Virus record (IMG/VR): IMGVR_UViG_2875703104_000002
Strand: one strand, 5' to 3'
From: a virus
Taxonomy: Duplodnaviria > Heunggongvirae > Uroviricota > Caudoviricetes
DNA: 37,887 nucleotides
Shown: piece after piece, positions 20,083 to 28,793 of the stretch
How positions within the stretch are numbered: position 1 is the first letter of the stretch
Layout: the number at the start of each line of letters is the position of its first letter
Program-made: the position numbers and the translations under genes
The notes under the pieces: model-generated
Told to the model about the DNA's origin: nothing
Database searches by the model: none
Seen by the model: only the letters and a program-made list of their open reading frames with translations

Positions 20083-20279
20083 GTCCTGCTGCTCATCATG
20101 GTTTGTGAGCAGTCAGTTTGCGGGAGGTGCGGGAAAATCTGGGGTTATGCTATTTGAGTAATGGAGAAAGAAAGTGAAAGGAAGATAAAACGGGATTCAT
20201 ACACCGTTAAATACCGGTTTAAAAATCCCGTGGCGCGTTTTAAAAAATCTGTGCGGCTGATTTTATTACCTGATTCTGT
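20083..20279. promoter_or_regulatory. G-I intergenic region: expected site of the C-dependent late promoter P_I and of the central strong gyrase site
   Basis: 197-bp non-coding gap near the centre of the prophage (about 18-19 kb from the inferred left end); assignment by position from Mu biology, motifs not verified. Confidence 0.4.
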
Positions 20280-20750
20280 TTATTGCCTCAGAGCGGCGCT
20301 GACGCGTTTTCTGATGGCATCAAAAATTTCCTGTTCCCCGGTCTTATCCAGCCCCATATAAGGACGCGCAGGAACGCCTGCCGGGCGGGGTGCCATATCG
20401 GGTGTACCGCCCCACTGATGAATGGCAGCATAAATTTTTGGCGAACCAATCAGGGCATAATCCTGTCCATAATCGGTGGTAATGCTGCGTGCCAGATCGC
20501 CATGCAGGGTAAGGATACTGCCCGGAACAAAACCATGATCCTGACGCCATGCCAGCCACGAATCGCTCCACGCTTCCCAGCCTTTCCCTGTATCCGGGTC
20601 TGCCTGCCGTTCAAATGCCTGTTCCGTGGATGACAGCAGCGCCGCAGCTATCACACGGGGAATGACGCGGTCACGTGTGGCGGTTCCCAGTTCATCCAGC
20701 GCAAGCTGAATACGTCGCACATCCACGGCAACGTTCATATCAAGACTCAC
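20280..20750 (-). CDS. Virion morphogenesis protein (Mu G/gp31-like)
   Basis: 156-aa ORF, 4-bp overlap with upstream F-like gene. Confidence 0.7.
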   Translation of the reverse strand: MSLDMNVAVDVRRIQLALDELGTATRDRVIPRVIAAALLSSTEQAFERQADPDTGKGWEAWSDSWLAWRQDHGFVPGSILTLHGDLARSITTDYGQDYALIGSPKIYAAIHQWGGTPDMAPRPAGVPARPYMGLDKTGEQEIFDAIRKRVSAALRQ

Positions 20751-22102
20751 TTATTCACCTCCACATGCCCCTCCAGTATGTCAATCATCCCGTCAGCAAT
20801 CGCGGCTTCAAGCGACTGTGCAGATACGCGGCTGATACTGACCAGCACATCCGCCCGGTCATTCTGTTTGCTGACAGCCTGCGATGTTCTGACCACAACT
20901 TTTGCAGTGCCGTCGCGGGTTGCCACAACATACAGCAACTGGTGGTTCTCCCTGTCCCACAATACCGCCTGTGGTTTTGCCATCAGTGACGGCAGACGCT
21001 GTAAATCCTCCGGTTTCAGGGCGGCATCAGCAGTGGTCGCCAGACTTTTTCCGTTCATCACAAGCAGACGGGCTGGCATATTCCCGGTGCACTGATATAC
21101 GGCCTCCGCCACGGCTTCCGTCATAAACCCCAGCGCACGGACCTCATGTCCGGCCCGGCGTGATTTCGCCAGACGTTTAAGCCAGAGGGAAAAAGCAAGC
21201 TGACGCTCCCGGCTGTTATTCAGCGTCTGAACAACCTGCTCACGCAGCTGCGCGTCACGAACTTCCACCAGTTTTCGAATCAGTGCCTGATCCGTACCAA
21301 ATGCCGCCGAACCGGGGTTATATGACCAGCCCACATCCGGCGTCATTTTTACCCGACCGTTGTCAAACGTGGTTGACGATGTGCGGAAAATCTCTCCAGT
21401 GCTTTCATCCGTACCGGCATCCACTTCGCGGGTATTCATGAATGACGCACCATAACTGACCTGTAGCCCCAGTTCTTTCATGCGGGCCGCAGACAGCGCC
21501 CGGACGCGACAGCGGCAGTTCCAGCCATTGGGCGGGTAATGCGTTTGCCAGAAAATGTCGTCATACCGGAAAACCATATTATGCAGCCGCGCATGTTCCG
21601 GGCGTGTTCTGCCATCCATAACGGCAACGTACTGCCAGTACGGGTACAAATCGGCGGTATTCATCATCTGCGCATAACGTCCCGCCCCGTACGCCGTACG
21701 GGTATTGACGTTATAAATGGTTGCCAGACGACGCGGACTGCCCAGCTCGATTACCTTTGCGTTTCCGTCTGCATCCACGATGATTTGTTTTCCCCACCAT
21801 CCGAGTTTTTGCAGCCGTGGGGCCAGTGTGCGGGTAAATTCCTCACGGGTGATGCCTTCACTGACAGCCCGCTCCACTTCCTCACGGATAGTGGTCAGTA
21901 CATCCATCCGGGTGGCTTTGGCAACGGTAAAGGCGCGGGCGTGCGCGTCTGCCAGTTGTTCGTACCAGTTCCAGGTGATGTTGTAGCCTTTGGCGCGGAA
22001 ATACGCGACAGCCTCCTTTGGCGGGAGGCGTGCGGCATACGCCAGATCAATGGTCTGCTGCGGCATCCAGACGCCCCCATATATCGGCAACAAAAATGGC
22101 AC
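20747..22102 (-). CDS. Minor head protein (Mu F/gp30-like); start may be internal (alternative ATG near 22066)
   Basis: 451-aa ORF downstream of portal gene. Confidence 0.75.
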   Translation of the reverse strand: MPFLLPIYGGVWMPQQTIDLAYAARLPPKEAVAYFRAKGYNITWNWYEQLADAHARAFTVAKATRMDVLTTIREEVERAVSEGITREEFTRTLAPRLQKLGWWGKQIIVDADGNAKVIELGSPRRLATIYNVNTRTAYGAGRYAQMMNTADLYPYWQYVAVMDGRTRPEHARLHNMVFRYDDIFWQTHYPPNGWNCRCRVRALSAARMKELGLQVSYGASFMNTREVDAGTDESTGEIFRTSSTTFDNGRVKMTPDVGWSYNPGSAAFGTDQALIRKLVEVRDAQLREQVVQTLNNSRERQLAFSLWLKRLAKSRRAGHEVRALGFMTEAVAEAVYQCTGNMPARLLVMNGKSLATTADAALKPEDLQRLPSLMAKPQAVLWDRENHQLLYVVATRDGTAKVVVRTSQAVSKQNDRADVLVSISRVSAQSLEAAIADGMIDILEGHVEVNK

Positions 22103-23585
22103 GGGTCAGCATGTCGATAAGTTCTGCATCATCCATCTGCGGATATAATGAAGCGGCTTTGTTCATGGCGGCTTCCGGGCCATCTTTCAGCACAGAAAAA
22201 ATGACGGGTTTCAGCAGGGGATCAACCGAACGCTGCCAGTCTTCCGGTGAGACGCCCATCCGGTCGATATCATCCTCCTGCGGGATATCTTCAGCGGATA
22301 ATGCAGCCTCTTTCTGCGGACCGTTATCCATGACGACCGGTTGAGCAGTAAACACGGCTTCATCACCGACCGGCTGCGGAATATGGAGTTTTTCCTGTAT
22401 CCAGGAGACGGGAATACGCATTCCCGCCGCCAGTTTCGGAATGGCGTCAGACAGTGCCGTAATATCACCCGCTTCGCTGGTATCAAATACAATGCCCGGC
22501 AGGCGGTTAATATCAATGGTGCTGTCACTGTTCAGTGCCAGCAGGGGATAAATCAGGTCACGGTTAATACTGCGGGCAAGCTGGCCCACATCCGCGTTAC
22601 GGATTTCCCGGCGAACCTCATCATGCACTTCACCCAGCGACCGTGCACCTTTATCGCCAGCCTCTGTGGTCAGGGTGCCGCCCAGAATGGCTTTTGAAAT
22701 CGCTTTTTCTGCCCAGCCAATCATCGCCATAAAGGGGTCTGACTGACCATCTGCAGCGCTCTGAAAATCCAGCGTCATCCCCATCGGAATAATGCCACCG
22801 GCACGTCGCCCGATATCCATCACAGCCTGCATCAGCGTGGCTTTCTCACGGTTCGTGGAGCCGGTCGGATATTTACCGACGCGCATGGGAAGTCCGTAAA
22901 TTTCCAGGAACTCTGCAAAATCACGCACGGAATAGTTTTTAAAAATAAAAGGCCAGATAAGCGTGCGCACAAGGCCATTGGTGCCGACATATCCGGTGCG
23001 GGATTTGGCCCGGTGCATAAACCAGCCGAACGGTTGCAGCTCCAGCCCGTGATAAGACGCATCACGCAGGCGTAATTCGTTCAGATTGTCGGGGTTCGCG
23101 CAGAACAGCGCCGGATCGCGATGATGCAGCGCCACCGGCACGCGCATTTTCCCCAGCCACCCCCATTCAATCTCCTGCATGGAATAGCCCTTGAGAATGG
23201 CATCACCGGCATCAAACAGGGCATCTTCAAACCACGCCGCATCATGCAGATATTCATTCAGCATGTCGGCGTCTTTTTTCTCCTGTGCGCTGGCATCACG
23301 TGCCGGAGCGATGCGCCATTCCAGCGCCTGAATGGCAAGGCGGCGCTTGCTCAGTTCGGAAAAAAGGTGGGTGTCCTTTTCTTCCATATCAAAGGCCAGG
23401 TCAGCCTGTGCGGTCAAATCACCGCGTTCGGCATCACGCAGCATCTGCGCGGCCCGGTTCGGCGTCACACCACTGGAAGGATGCTCCTGCGTGCGCTTCA
23501 TGACCATTGCCAGCTCATCGCTGCGGGTCTGCATTTCATCGTCAAAATCAAACGGCTGCCCGGAAATATCCAGAATACGGCCCAT
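22047..23585 (-). CDS. Portal protein (Mu H/gp29-like)
   Basis: 512-aa ORF directly downstream of large terminase with overlapping stop/start. Confidence 0.8.
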   Translation of the reverse strand: MGRILDISGQPFDFDDEMQTRSDELAMVMKRTQEHPSSGVTPNRAAQMLRDAERGDLTAQADLAFDMEEKDTHLFSELSKRRLAIQALEWRIAPARDASAQEKKDADMLNEYLHDAAWFEDALFDAGDAILKGYSMQEIEWGWLGKMRVPVALHHRDPALFCANPDNLNELRLRDASYHGLELQPFGWFMHRAKSRTGYVGTNGLVRTLIWPFIFKNYSVRDFAEFLEIYGLPMRVGKYPTGSTNREKATLMQAVMDIGRRAGGIIPMGMTLDFQSAADGQSDPFMAMIGWAEKAISKAILGGTLTTEAGDKGARSLGEVHDEVRREIRNADVGQLARSINRDLIYPLLALNSDSTIDINRLPGIVFDTSEAGDITALSDAIPKLAAGMRIPVSWIQEKLHIPQPVGDEAVFTAQPVVMDNGPQKEAALSAEDIPQEDDIDRMGVSPEDWQRSVDPLLKPVIFSVLKDGPEAAMNKAASLYPQMDDAELIDMLTRAIFVADIWGRLDAAADH

Positions 23586-25306
23586 TACCAGCCCCCTCGT
23601 TCAAACTGGTGATAATCATCAAAATCATCGTTATCAACATCATCACCACGGTGGCGTGGTGGCAGCGCCTGTATGCTGTCCTCGTCGATAACAAAACCAT
23701 TCATATAAGACGCCCTGACAGCCATACAGAGCGCCACGGCAAAGTCGCCATGTCGTCGGCCTTTACCGCCTTCATCTTTTGTGCGCCCCTTATCAATCTG
23801 CGGAATACCTTTGTCCACCTTGATGTGGAGCAGGTCATCAAGTGTGGTCTGGTGCCGGGCAATCGTGATGTTCTGCGCTTCAAACTCGCCTTTCAGTTTC
23901 GGCATCCACTCCTGATACCAGGATGCGGTCAGATTCACACAGTCGATCATCTCCGGGCCATAAATCAGACGGGCGGCTTCTGCCAGATAACCGCCGTTAC
24001 CGGTGGCATCAAATGCAGCGCCGGTAAAACGGGGCAAACGGGACAGAATGAATAAAAGGATTTGTCGCTGCTGGTCATAGGTCACATTACGCAGCTCCAC
24101 GCGGAAACATTCGCGTTTGCGTAAGTCAGGAGTGATGGCAAGCGGAACAAACACCGTAAGGTCACCACGGCGTGCAAAGTCTTCGCCCAGTACGTGTTTA
24201 TTGAGCGGCGACAGCGCATCGAGCAACGGGAGCAGCTCCTGTTCACACCAGTCCTGAACGATGCCGTGGCGCATTTGTGGTGTCAGCGATTCAAAATCGT
24301 CCGGGGCTTCAAAACGCAGAATCGGGATATCCCGCGCTGGCGTCATGGCGGCTTCAATCAGCACGCGTGACAGATAAGCGCCCCCGGATTTTTTAGGAAT
24401 GCAGCCGTATTCCTCGTCGGCACTCTCTTTATTCGGCGCATTCCGGTACAGGCCATCACGCCAGGCTTTTTCCGCTTCCGGCGACCACGGCTGATTCGTG
24501 ACGTAACAGATACGTCGGTACAACCCGTCAGCGATGGCATCATCCAGCGTGATGCGGTGAACGCTGTAATCCTTGCGCCCCTCGCGCGCATCCTGAATGT
24601 ACTGGTTAAACAGGTTATCGACGCCGTTATGTGTCGATATGATCCGCACGCGGGCACCCCACATGGTGAGAGCAAAAGCCGCTTTCAGCAGTTCGTCCAG
24701 GGCTTCATGAAATGCCGCCTCATCAATCACCACGTCCCCCTGCAAACCACGCAGGTTAGACGGACGGCTTGACAGCGCCTGCACCTTAAATCCGCTGTTA
24801 GGGAAACGGATCATATAAGTGAGGATTTCTTCTTTTTTGTCGCTGTCCCAGAAGGTCTGCTCCCATACGTCAGCCTTTGCCAGTTGGTTAAAGGCGCGGG
24901 CAAACAGGGCACAGGCGGCAATGTATTCCAGCGCCATTTCCTGACGGGAACCCACATAAAAAACGTTGCGACCGCCACGGCGACGCGGCTTTGCTGCCGT
25001 CATGACATTGCGGCCCGCTTCGGCCCATGTCAGACCGGTACGACGGGATTTTTCAGCAATACAAATCTGGCTTTCATCCTCAAACCAGCGGCGCTGATAG
25101 CCCAGAAAAACCGGTTCATTAGATGGCTGGGCGTTAGTGATGTCTGTAACGATCTCGACACCAAGTTTGGTTGCTTCTTCCTGAAGATCAATCTGACGGG
25201 GTTCACTTGACGGAATCAGTTTTTTGCCCCGGCTATTTTTTTCATACCCCATTATTTTTTCAGCCATAATACTTCGGTTTTCTTTAAATACCTGAGGGAA
25301 CGTCAT
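23585..25306 (-). CDS. Terminase large subunit (Mu gp28-like); alternative start at 25267 (MAEKIMGYE...)
   Basis: 573-aa ORF at the head of the structural block; acidic C-terminus; the ATG at 25304..25306 shares two bases with the plus-strand ATG at 25305..25307. Confidence 0.85.
   Translation of the reverse strand: MTFPQVFKENRSIMAEKIMGYEKNSRGKKLIPSSEPRQIDLQEEATKLGVEIVTDITNAQPSNEPVFLGYQRRWFEDESQICIAEKSRRTGLTWAEAGRNVMTAAKPRRRGGRNVFYVGSRQEMALEYIAACALFARAFNQLAKADVWEQTFWDSDKKEEILTYMIRFPNSGFKVQALSSRPSNLRGLQGDVVIDEAAFHEALDELLKAAFALTMWGARVRIISTHNGVDNLFNQYIQDAREGRKDYSVHRITLDDAIADGLYRRICYVTNQPWSPEAEKAWRDGLYRNAPNKESADEEYGCIPKKSGGAYLSRVLIEAAMTPARDIPILRFEAPDDFESLTPQMRHGIVQDWCEQELLPLLDALSPLNKHVLGEDFARRGDLTVFVPLAITPDLRKRECFRVELRNVTYDQQRQILLFILSRLPRFTGAAFDATGNGGYLAEAARLIYGPEMIDCVNLTASWYQEWMPKLKGEFEAQNITIARHQTTLDDLLHIKVDKGIPQIDKGRTKDEGGKGRRHGDFAVALCMAVRASYMNGFVIDEDSIQALPPRHRGDDVDNDDFDDYHQFERGGW
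25241..25270 (+). promoter_or_regulatory. Putative sigma70-like promoter for the plus-strand gene (-35 TTCATA 25241..25246, -10 CATAAT 25265..25270)
   Basis: Hexamers with 18-bp spacing read by eye about 35 bp upstream of ATG; lies within the 5' end of the terminase ORF on the opposite strand. Confidence 0.3.
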
Positions 25307-25793
25307 GTCACCAAAAGCAATAAAACTACTTGAAATATTTTGTGAAACAGAATTAAAGCAATCTATGGATACTGTTCAATTTGTCTCAATAAACGGATGG
25401 GAAACACTTCAGCGCCTTTGGCCCCTGAATGAACGATTCACACCACGCATAGAGCAAATCAGAACGATTAGCTACAGAAAGCAATTTGAAAAAGCCGCAG
25501 ATAACGCCATTGAGGATTTTCTGATGAAGGATGATGACTGGTCAGAAATTCCATTAGTTGTCTGGCGTGTTCTTCTGGAACGCCATAATCAAGCAACGAT
25601 TCTCTGCGTAACTAATGCACTCGCCAATAACACCGAACTTATGCACATCCCTGTCGGACTTTCTCAGTCGGCACAAACAAAATTTGCAGTAGCTTATTTG
25701 TATTACGCAATGAAGCTCCCATATAAAGTGCTCGGTGAATCACAGCTTGACATTGAATCACCGTTTGAGTATCTGAACACCCGGCTACAGTAA
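25305..25793 (+). CDS. Hypothetical protein (162 aa), reverse-oriented accessory gene between terminase subunit genes; function unknown
   Basis: Only plus-strand ORF in a non-coding gap of the minus-strand late operon; SD GAGGGA 6 nt upstream of ATG; strongly AT-rich (first 60 nt about 27% GC); followed by hairpin terminator; no TM segments or catalytic motifs recognised. Confidence 0.75.
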   Translation: MSPKAIKLLEIFCETELKQSMDTVQFVSINGWETLQRLWPLNERFTPRIEQIRTISYRKQFEKAADNAIEDFLMKDDDWSEIPLVVWRVLLERHNQATILCVTNALANNTELMHIPVGLSQSAQTKFAVAYLYYAMKLPYKVLGESQLDIESPFEYLNTRLQ

Positions 25794-25806
25794 AAGCCTT
25801 TCGATG

Positions 25807-25839
25807 GGCGCTGATTAGCAGCGCCTTGTAATCATTTTT
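25807..25839 (+). terminator. Rho-independent-like terminator (GGCGCTG-attag-CAGCGCC then TTGTAATCATTTTT) downstream of the plus-strand gene
   Basis: 7-bp perfect stem, 5-nt loop, T-rich tail, 14 bp after the stop codon. Confidence 0.5.
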
Positions 25840-25852
25840 CATAACGTAACTC

Positions 25853-26443
25853 CTACGCTTTACCCAGCAACACATCACGGATACGCTGCTCCAGTTCTTC
25901 GCTGATACCATCCTGCCCGCGCAGTTCTTCACTGACGGCGTTTGCCGCTTCTTCTGCGAATGCCTGGCGGATTTCTTTCTCGCGCCGGTGGCTGGACATT
26001 GCCGTGGATTCCAGACGCTGTGCCGCCAGCATGGCATTTTTCAGCAGGTCAATATCCACGTCAGATTCCGGGTTTTCGATTTGCCGCATCATGGCCTTAA
26101 AAAGCTGGCTGCGGGCCATTTCCAGAATCAGCTTTGTGGTTTCTCCCATTGGCTTGTCGCCAAGTTCTGCGGTCAGTGCTGACGTCATTTCACGCATCTG
26201 TCGCAGGTTATGGCCTACCTGTTCGACGTTCGTCGCGTAACGGTTCAGACCGGAACGGGAGAGTTTCATCTCATCCGGCAGGCCAGCGTCTTCAATCAGT
26301 GCGTTAATTTCTTCCAGAATGCGGGCCTGTGGGATCGCTTTATCACGCAGCATTTCATGCAGCGTTTTACGTACGTTTTCTGGCAGTAAATCCACTTTTG
26401 AAGCCCGGCCCCGTGTTTTCCTGTCCATCACGCCTCCTGTCAT
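25853..26443 (-). CDS. Terminase small subunit-like DNA-binding protein (Mu gp27-like)
   Basis: 196-aa ORF immediately upstream (in transcription order) of the large terminase region. Confidence 0.65.
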   Translation of the reverse strand: MTGGVMDRKTRGRASKVDLLPENVRKTLHEMLRDKAIPQARILEEINALIEDAGLPDEMKLSRSGLNRYATNVEQVGHNLRQMREMTSALTAELGDKPMGETTKLILEMARSQLFKAMMRQIENPESDVDIDLLKNAMLAAQRLESTAMSSHRREKEIRQAFAEEAANAVSEELRGQDGISEELEQRIRDVLLGKA

Positions 26444-26730
26444 GCACGGGGACGAGGACGCTTGACACCGGTAACGCGGGCACGACCTTCTGCCACATCC
26501 TGACCACGGGAGGTCAGCGTTACGACATAAAAGCCGCGCAGGTTTTCCACGGTGACCAGTTGCTGCTCTGCCAGCCAGTCAATCTGGCCGCGAACCACAT
26601 CGCGGGAAACGTTGTGTCCGTATGCATCCAGACAGTCCTGAAGGATGGACTCGTTTGCTTCGTTATTGCAGTCCATCAGGGAACGCAGGATGACCAGACG
26701 ACGGTCTTCGGTCAGAATATCGTTAATCAT
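26440..26730 (-). CDS. Hypothetical protein (Mu gp26-like)
   Basis: 96-aa ORF, coupled to neighbours in the late operon. Confidence 0.55.
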   Translation of the reverse strand: MINDILTEDRRLVILRSLMDCNNEANESILQDCLDAYGHNVSRDVVRGQIDWLAEQQLVTVENLRGFYVVTLTSRGQDVAEGRARVTGVKRPRPRA

Positions 26731-27044
26731 GAATTACTCCGGTTTACTGCGTTTTCAAGCAGCAGCTCCAGTTGATGGGAAAATGACTGCACCCGCTGGG
26801 ACAGCACCCGGATATCGCCGGACAGCTCTGCAATTCGCAGGCGCATTTCGTGTACATCTTCTGTGCCAGGGATGCTGGCGTAGCGGGTTTCCATTTCGGT
26901 CATCCGGTTTTCAAGACGCTCCACACGCTCAGTGCTGGCAAAACTACGACGCATTGCCCAGACGGCCCCACCGGCCACAACAGGCAACAGGTAAGGCCAT
27001 AACGCTAAAACTGAAATCAAATCCATTATTCTGCTCCACGGCAC
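26727..27044 (-). CDS. Membrane protein, possible lysis-associated (Mu gp25-like)
   Basis: 105-aa ORF with N-terminal hydrophobic segment (LISVLALWPYLLPVVAGGAVWA). Confidence 0.55.
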   Translation of the reverse strand: MPWSRIMDLISVLALWPYLLPVVAGGAVWAMRRSFASTERVERLENRMTEMETRYASIPGTEDVHEMRLRIAELSGDIRVLSQRVQSFSHQLELLLENAVNRSNS

Positions 27045-27220
27045 CAGTGGCAGTAGTTCGCCATCGGCTGCTGTCTCAGCACATCAGGCCGCAGCTCACG
27101 ACCGCAACTGGCACACAATACAGGCAGGTCATACGCCGCCGGGCGGGGAATATCACGGGTATCCCCCTGCCAGAGTTCAGCGAGCAGCAGCGCCACCGCC
27201 CGGTTCTGGTCTTCGTTCAT
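27026..27220 (-). CDS. Small zinc-ribbon protein (Mu gp24-like)
   Basis: 64-aa ORF with CxxC (CASCGRE) and CxxC (CHWCRG) pairs. Confidence 0.5.
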   Translation of the reverse strand: MNEDQNRAVALLLAELWQGDTRDIPRPAAYDLPVLCASCGRELRPDVLRQQPMANYCHWCRGAE

Positions 27221-27518
27221 AAATTTCTTTCCTTCGGGTCTCCTGTTCCCGGACTGATGCCTTGTCGCGGTTGCACTGCCCGAGCGCCATCAACAGGTCA
27301 GCATTCCAGAGAAGGGATGCTCCCCACGTCAGGGGCTGTGGCATGGGCGGAACGGGCGTTGCTTCCGTCAGTTCTGCATCAGTTTCGGGCAGGATCACCA
27401 CCGATGGCACGGGTGCGTTTTTCGAGTTCCCGCAACCTGTCAGCAGCAACGGCAGGCACAGGACGAGTGCTGCAATTGTCACCGGTAATGGCGGTTGTAA
27501 TTTTTTCTTTTGCATCAT
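27177..27518 (-). CDS. o-spanin (outer-membrane lipoprotein, Rz1-like), overlapping the i-spanin gene in another frame
   Basis: 113-aa ORF starting MMQKKK with lipobox LLLTGC and Pro-rich mature region. Confidence 0.7.
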   Translation of the reverse strand: MMQKKKLQPPLPVTIAALVLCLPLLLTGCGNSKNAPVPSVVILPETDAELTEATPVPPMPQPLTWGASLLWNADLLMALGQCNRDKASVREQETRRKEIYERRPEPGGGAAAR

Positions 27519-27765
27519 GATGTTCTGTCTCATCTGCCAGCCGTGCGGCACGATTTGCGGCACGGATAGCGGAAAATACCTGCATCGTCTGTTCCTGACC
27601 GTGTAACAACCATTCAGCCGTGTTGCGGGCCTGTTGCGCCGTCTGTAATTCACGGCGCAGCGTCTGGTTATCGTGGCGGGTGCTGTCCAGCCTGTGCCAC
27701 AACACCCCGGACAGAACGGCGGCAAACACGGCTGCCAGCAGTAAACTTTTACTGGCGAAGGTCAT
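27379..27765 (-). CDS. i-spanin (inner-membrane, Rz-like)
   Basis: 128-aa ORF with N-terminal TM helix (LLLAAVFAAVLSGVLW) and charged helical periplasmic domain; directly after endolysin. Confidence 0.7.
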   Translation of the reverse strand: MTFASKSLLLAAVFAAVLSGVLWHRLDSTRHDNQTLRRELQTAQQARNTAEWLLHGQEQTMQVFSAIRAANRAARLADETEHHDAKEKITTAITGDNCSTRPVPAVAADRLRELEKRTRAIGGDPARN

Positions 27766-28267
27766 CCGCCCCCCTGATATTCCAGATAGCCATTTCCACT
27801 TCGCGACGGTTCATCAGTCCTTTCCATTTATGGCCTGCGGCAAACACCCAGCGGGCCATCTGGTCACGCGCTCCGGCATAATCACCGGCATTGAGTTTTT
27901 TCAGCAGCGTTGATTTACTGAATGCGGTAACACCGGTGTTGAAAATAAACGTTGCCAGCGCTGTTTTCTGATATGGCGTCAGCGGCACCCTGACAAGACG
28001 ATCGATTGCCGCATAAACCGGTTTTAAATCACTGTCGAGGAGAGCCATACACTCCGCATGGCTGTAACGGCGCATTTCGATATCCGGCCCGGTATGTCCC
28101 ACACAGACCGTAAGCACACCGGCAATATCGCGGTAAGGCATATAAGCGATATTTTCCAGATGGATCAGAGACTGACGGGTCATTTCCTGATAACCACCCA
28201 CACCGCCACCGGCAATCGTTGCCGCCAGCAGTGCGGCTTTCAGTTTTTTTGGTATCCCCGCCATCAT
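27749..28267 (-). CDS. lys: SAR endolysin (T4 lysozyme-like muramidase with N-terminal signal-anchor-release domain)
   Basis: 172-aa ORF; Ala/Gly-rich weakly hydrophobic N-terminus (KAALLAATIAGGGVGG) followed by E-x8-D-x5-T catalytic-type motif (ENIAYMPYRDIAGVLTVCVGHTG). Confidence 0.85.
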   Translation of the reverse strand: MMAGIPKKLKAALLAATIAGGGVGGYQEMTRQSLIHLENIAYMPYRDIAGVLTVCVGHTGPDIEMRRYSHAECMALLDSDLKPVYAAIDRLVRVPLTPYQKTALATFIFNTGVTAFSKSTLLKKLNAGDYAGARDQMARWVFAAGHKWKGLMNRREVEMAIWNIRGADDLRQ

Positions 28268-28337
28268 GCTTCCCTGAAAAAATGCTCTGATGGCAGTCTA
28301 AAAAATCAGATGGCAGGTGCGGGATTATGGTGACAGG
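28268..28337 (-). promoter_or_regulatory. Late promoter region upstream of lys (expected C-dependent Plys)
   Basis: 70-bp gap between the C-gene terminator hairpin and the lys start; assignment by position. Confidence 0.4.
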
Positions 28338-28364
28338 AAATAACCGGCAGGATGCCGGTTATTT
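28338..28364 (-). terminator. Hairpin (AAATAACCGGCA-tcc-TGCCGGTTATTT) at the 3' end of the C gene
   Basis: Perfect 12-bp inverted repeat with 3-nt loop overlapping the C stop codon; stem ends in UUAUUU. Confidence 0.5.
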
Positions 28365-28781
28365 CTGGCTTTCAGGTGAGAACAGATCAGGCTGATGACG
28401 TCGTGTATGCAGCTTTCTCTGGCGGGCAATAATCTGGTAGATCTGCGGCTGGGACAGGCGATACTGGCGACGCAGTTCTTCCATGTTACGACCATTGAAC
28501 TGGCAGTAAAGCAAATCGTCGCGTAACGCGGTCAGGATCGTATCGCCGCAGGGGATGTAAAACTGCCGTCCGCCCAGAAAACAGGACAGGGCAACGGCCT
28601 GTTTACGGGCAAGCTCACGGGGATTGCTGACGTTCTGGCGTTTCAGTTCGTTTTCCAGAACATCAATCAGATCAACCACCGAACGGGGCCAGCGTGATTC
28701 CAGTTCCGGGGCCGGAATGTTATCAATATGTCCGATTAACTGGCGAATTGCCGGATCGTGTTCAAATAAATCATGCTGCAT
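28359..28781 (-). CDS. C: Late transcription activator C
   Basis: 140-aa ORF with C-terminal HTH-like region, paralogous to the Mor-like ORF (shared motifs such as FNGRN...EL...Y and QxYIP); position upstream of lys. Confidence 0.85.
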   Translation of the reverse strand: MQHDLFEHDPAIRQLIGHIDNIPAPELESRWPRSVVDLIDVLENELKRQNVSNPRELARKQAVALSCFLGGRQFYIPCGDTILTALRDDLLYCQFNGRNMEELRRQYRLSQPQIYQIIARQRKLHTRRHQPDLFSPESQK

Positions 28782-28793
28782 ATTTTCCCCCGG

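Noticed and set aside
20161-20361. 66-aa plus-strand ORF in the G-I intergenic region, considered as a possible Acr-like accessory gene
   Set aside because: Wrong strand, no RBS, overlaps the 3' end of G, and lysine-rich low-complexity translation of AT-rich regulatory DNA.
25267-25306. Choice of large terminase start codon (25306 versus 25267)
   Set aside because: Neither candidate has a strong SD, so the start cannot be fixed from sequence alone; the longer ORF is reported and the alternative noted.
27177-27725. Full 182-aa ORF overlapping the i-spanin gene
   Set aside because: Only the C-terminal 113 codons (from MMQKKK at 27518) form a sensible lipoprotein o-spanin; the upstream extension is the alternative frame of the i-spanin gene.
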